64,000 nt of DNA from NCBI RefSeq assembly GCF_009914755.1, contig NC_060931.1; one strand, 5' to 3'. Shown piece after piece: positions 60,351 to 64,000 of the stretch. Under the pieces are notes generated by a model. It ran no database searches. It saw only the letters and a list, made by a program, of their open reading frames with translations, and was not told the DNA's origin. Each line of letters starts with the position of its first letter. Position 1 is the first letter of the stretch. The translations under genes and the position numbers were made by a program. Origin of the DNA: the human T2T-CHM13v2.0 reference genome, Homo sapiens.

Positions 60351-62759
60351 TCCATTCCTTTTTATAATGGAGTTAATAGACTGCCAGTTAAGGGACCTGC
60401 TATAGATATGGTGTCTCTGGATTTTGGCAATCAGACAACCTCTTTCATGATAGTTTTCTCGACAAGATTAAGAAGGCTATTGCGTCTATAAGAGTGATTA
60501 GAATGTGATGCCTCTGAAAAGCCACTGAATCAACTGAGCATATTTAGCACAGAGAAGACAGAAGAACATGAGATACTTTCTAATATGGCACTGTCACATG
60601 GAGAGAAGATTAGACTTTGATTTTTTTACTTTGATTTTGCAAAAAGCAAAATGTGATGAATCAGTGAAAATTTTAGGGAAGTAGATTTTAGCCAAATGTG
60701 AGGATGGTCCGAATAATTAAAACTCTGAAAGTGGAATAAGCTATTTTCTGAGGCTGTTTCTCTATCCCTGTAAGTATTCATACCTACAGTCCTTGGCCTG
60801 TTCTTGGGAATGTTGGACGTCGAATGTTTTCATCTGAATTTATTTTATCAGCTTCTCAGAGGGACCTGTGAGAGCACATCTAACTCCAGATTTCATAAGC
60901 CTATGAATGTTTGGCTTTAGTATGAACATATTGTTTGGCTGAATAAACATAGCTGAAACTGTATGTGAGAAGGAAGGAGTTTGCTGTGCCTCAAGGTCAA
61001 TCATCCTAAACATTTATTGTTGGGGTAAGGTACAGTAAGTTTAGATGAAAAAGGTGCAAGAGACTAAGATGACTAAGATGTGTCCTGGTTCCTCATATCA
61101 GATTGCTGTTATCCAAGCACTTATTTTCTTAAGTGGAAGTACAGGATTCTTCCTTCTCCCTTCATGAATTTAGAGCCCTGATTTATTGAGATATATTTTA
61201 AATGATTGCTGCACTTTATACCTATTCCTTCGCATATTTATACTCAATTGGATTTTCATATAATTTTGTAATTTGTTTTCTAATTTGCTGTGTACATACT
61301 CCATTCCTTTCACCTATCCCAAACCTATAAAGTGATTGAGTCAGTATCATTTTCCCACCATTCTTTTGGGTCTAAATATACCATAAGCTTCTAAATACAT
61401 AAGAAGCCCTTCAAAGGAATATATTTTAGATCTTGCTCAGAAGTCTTATTATTTTTCAGAATACTGATAACAATGAATTAAATTACGTTGATTTTAGCAT
61501 TTGATTTACTCAACAAACATTTATAGTGTATGATTATATAACTTCCTTGTGTTTGCACAATCTTGAAGTTTTATGCATATGTTCACTCATCTGTTTAAAT
61601 GCTTTGGTTATCTTAATGTGTATTTTTGGACAATGCATTTTTAATCCATTTTAGAATGTTAGGCAAAGTAGGTTGGTTTTGCAATGTTCCTTAAAGGTCA
61701 TTAGGCTTGAGGGTTTTTTTGTTTTTTTTGTTTTTGGATCAGTGAAGAAGTAAAATTCCAGAGCCTCAGGTCTTCCTGAAAGCTGCCTTATCTTTGGTTT
61801 TTTAAAGGTTACAGTTGGGAAACATTAGCAGAATTTCCACATTATTCTGAACTGCTGGGAAAATACAGACCTAGTTTTTTTTGTTACTTTTCCCAGAGAT
61901 TTTAGTCTCAGATTACTTGAAATTTCATAAACTAGAATACATATCGATCATCTGTAATAATGCTGGTTTTTTAATGGAAGAGTAAATATGAAATTGTTTA
62001 AAGCAAGTTTGTTATACATAAGGGAGGTATGAATACAAATTGCGTATCACCAATAACAATATACATAATATGCAGATTATAAATGCTCTGTCATAGATTA
62101 TTATCAAATATTTAATTGAAGTGTATGAGAGCTAACATGCAAAAGTCTCAAAATTTAAACACAAAGAGAACTAGTTATACTCCTTTTTATAAGACTATAT
62201 TTTACACTGATTAAGTTTTATGAGGTTTTATAAAGATTCCTGCCAATCAACATAATTTGTATTAGTCTTTCTTGAAGTAAGCAAATAAAGTATGGGTAAC
62301 AAGTAGAAAATGTATTTTTCTTTTTGTTTTTTTTTTGGTTTGTGAGTTTACACACACCTCTGCCTGGTTCAGTAGAATATTTGAGGTGGCTTATAAGAAT
62401 ACTTTTTAAAAAGGATTAAAACAGAATAATGGTAAATATAAGTAGACTAGGAAACCCAAGTCCGGGGAAATCAGAATATATAGGTATAGGCTGTGGGGTC
62501 AAACACAGTTATTCAATTTTGAATGTAGATGTGCGTTCAAAAGAAAACTTTTGGGGGATATACTTTTCGTTGTCTATAAGGAAAAAAAATAACATACAGC
62601 TACTCAGAGGAAACAATACTTTTCCTTGTATTTAGTCTAGAAACATACTTATTGTCTGGTTTTTCATATAGAGATCACTGAAAGGATACTGCCCTCACCA
62701 GCCTCCTTATGATTTATTTATAGCGTGTTTTAAAAAAGTGCTTACTGCAATAACACTTA

Positions 62760-62980
62760 ATGTAATAATAATTGCCAGTGTGAATGAGCTCTTATTCTAT
62801 ATCAGACACTGTGCTTTCCTGTCTTGATTTCATTTATTTCCACATCCACCTTACGAGGTAGAGACTGTTGTTATTCCCATTTAAAGTTGAAGAATCTGAC
62901 AAAGATTAACTTGCCCAGGATCCACATCATTAGTGGTGGACCCAGGCACCCTGATTTTTGATCCTTTGCTTTTAAACACT
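62760..62980 (-). mobile_element. MIR
   Basis: gaggtagagactgttgttattcccatttaaagttgaagaatctga...aacttgcccagg core. Confidence 0.7.
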
Positions 62981-64000
62981 TCTCTAGTGCAGAGTAAAAC
63001 TTGGTGAGAGTACTTCTGTCCCAGAGACACTAATGAGAATCATTTTATTCGTCAGGAAGGCTTCAAGTATTTGGACTTTTAAGTGGCAATATTGCCCCCA
63101 ATATTTTTGGAAAACTGTGGCATGTACAGAAATTTGAAGCAACATTCTCAGGTTCTTCTGTTACTATAATATTATTTGTTAAAAGCATTCAGTTATGGAG
63201 ATAATATTATTGCTTGATTGTAAATTATTGGAAAAATATCCCTCTTCAATAGTTTGAACAGTTGTCTTATAGAAAAGGTAAAGTGTACATTTCTACCTAC
63301 AAAGGGCAGAACTAAGAGTAGTTATAAATGACTTGATAGCAGATTTATGTTTAAAAAAAAAAGAATAACTTGTTAATGCACCAACCTGACCAAGAATAAA
63401 AGTTGTTCCCTTGTGAAGTAGCAATCCTTGAAATTTTGGAGAAAGGCTGAGTATTGCGATAGACGTTTCTACACTGGGTGGGATGTGAAACTAGCTGAGC
63501 TGCAGAGGATTTTATCATCCTGTTTCCAACTGAATATCTATCTCTGAGACTGTTTTCTCATCAGTAAAACTGAGCTAAGTTTTTTTCTTTATTGCATTGT
63601 TGATGGTTCTGAAGATCAAATAAATATTATATATTTAAGTCCTTTGAAAACCATTAATATTGTAATTGTGAACATTGATTAATTTATTCTTTCAACAAAG
63701 AAAATTTTTATTTTTTAAAAACTTATGTAACAAACATATTAGTTGAGTGGCTATTATATGGCATATAACATATTTTATATGTTATTATCTAATTTATTAT
63801 TAATGCTCTTAGATTTTTCTCTCTTGCTAATCACCATCTTAATATTTTATTCCCCAACTGTTGGAGACAAGTAAAACTACCAAGTTTTAAATTTAGATAA
63901 TGCCAACTAGGTAAAATATTATAGAATTTTAAATTAAATGGAAATTCTATTTACCTGAATATTTTTCATTCTCCTTTACCAGGAAGAATTGAGATTGGAG

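Noticed and set aside
63960-64000. Acceptor-like ttctcctttaccAG at the window end
   Set aside because: The following bases do not encode the expected next MDFIC residues, and no donor is visible before the window ends

Overview
This is primate (human-like) genomic DNA, not microbial, and I found no CRISPR array, operon or novel enzymatic system. About 48 kb of repeat-rich intergenic sequence is followed by a CpG-island promoter and the first two exons of MDFIC (HIC, I-mfa-domain protein, + strand), then about 14 kb of intron 2. The repeats include two large minus-strand L1s, an old plus-strand L1 carrying nested MaLR/ERVL LTRs and a truncated HERV-L (integrase and dUTPase remnants), about 12 Alus, Tigger/MER DNA transposons and microsatellites. 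The exons show the known GUG-initiated p40 extension (109 codons ahead of the p32 AUG), four AUG uORFs and a triple NAG acceptor. The most unusual structures are local rearrangement footprints: a 111-bp templated insertion between two Alus 4.15 kb apart, a 54-bp target-site duplication, palindromic fold-back junctions in the HERV-L, and a tandem duplication with a repeat-filled junction. Gene and repeat names come from recalled sequences, not database searches, so subfamily names and some boundaries are approximate. Nearly all ORFs in the track are repeat-derived or spurious.
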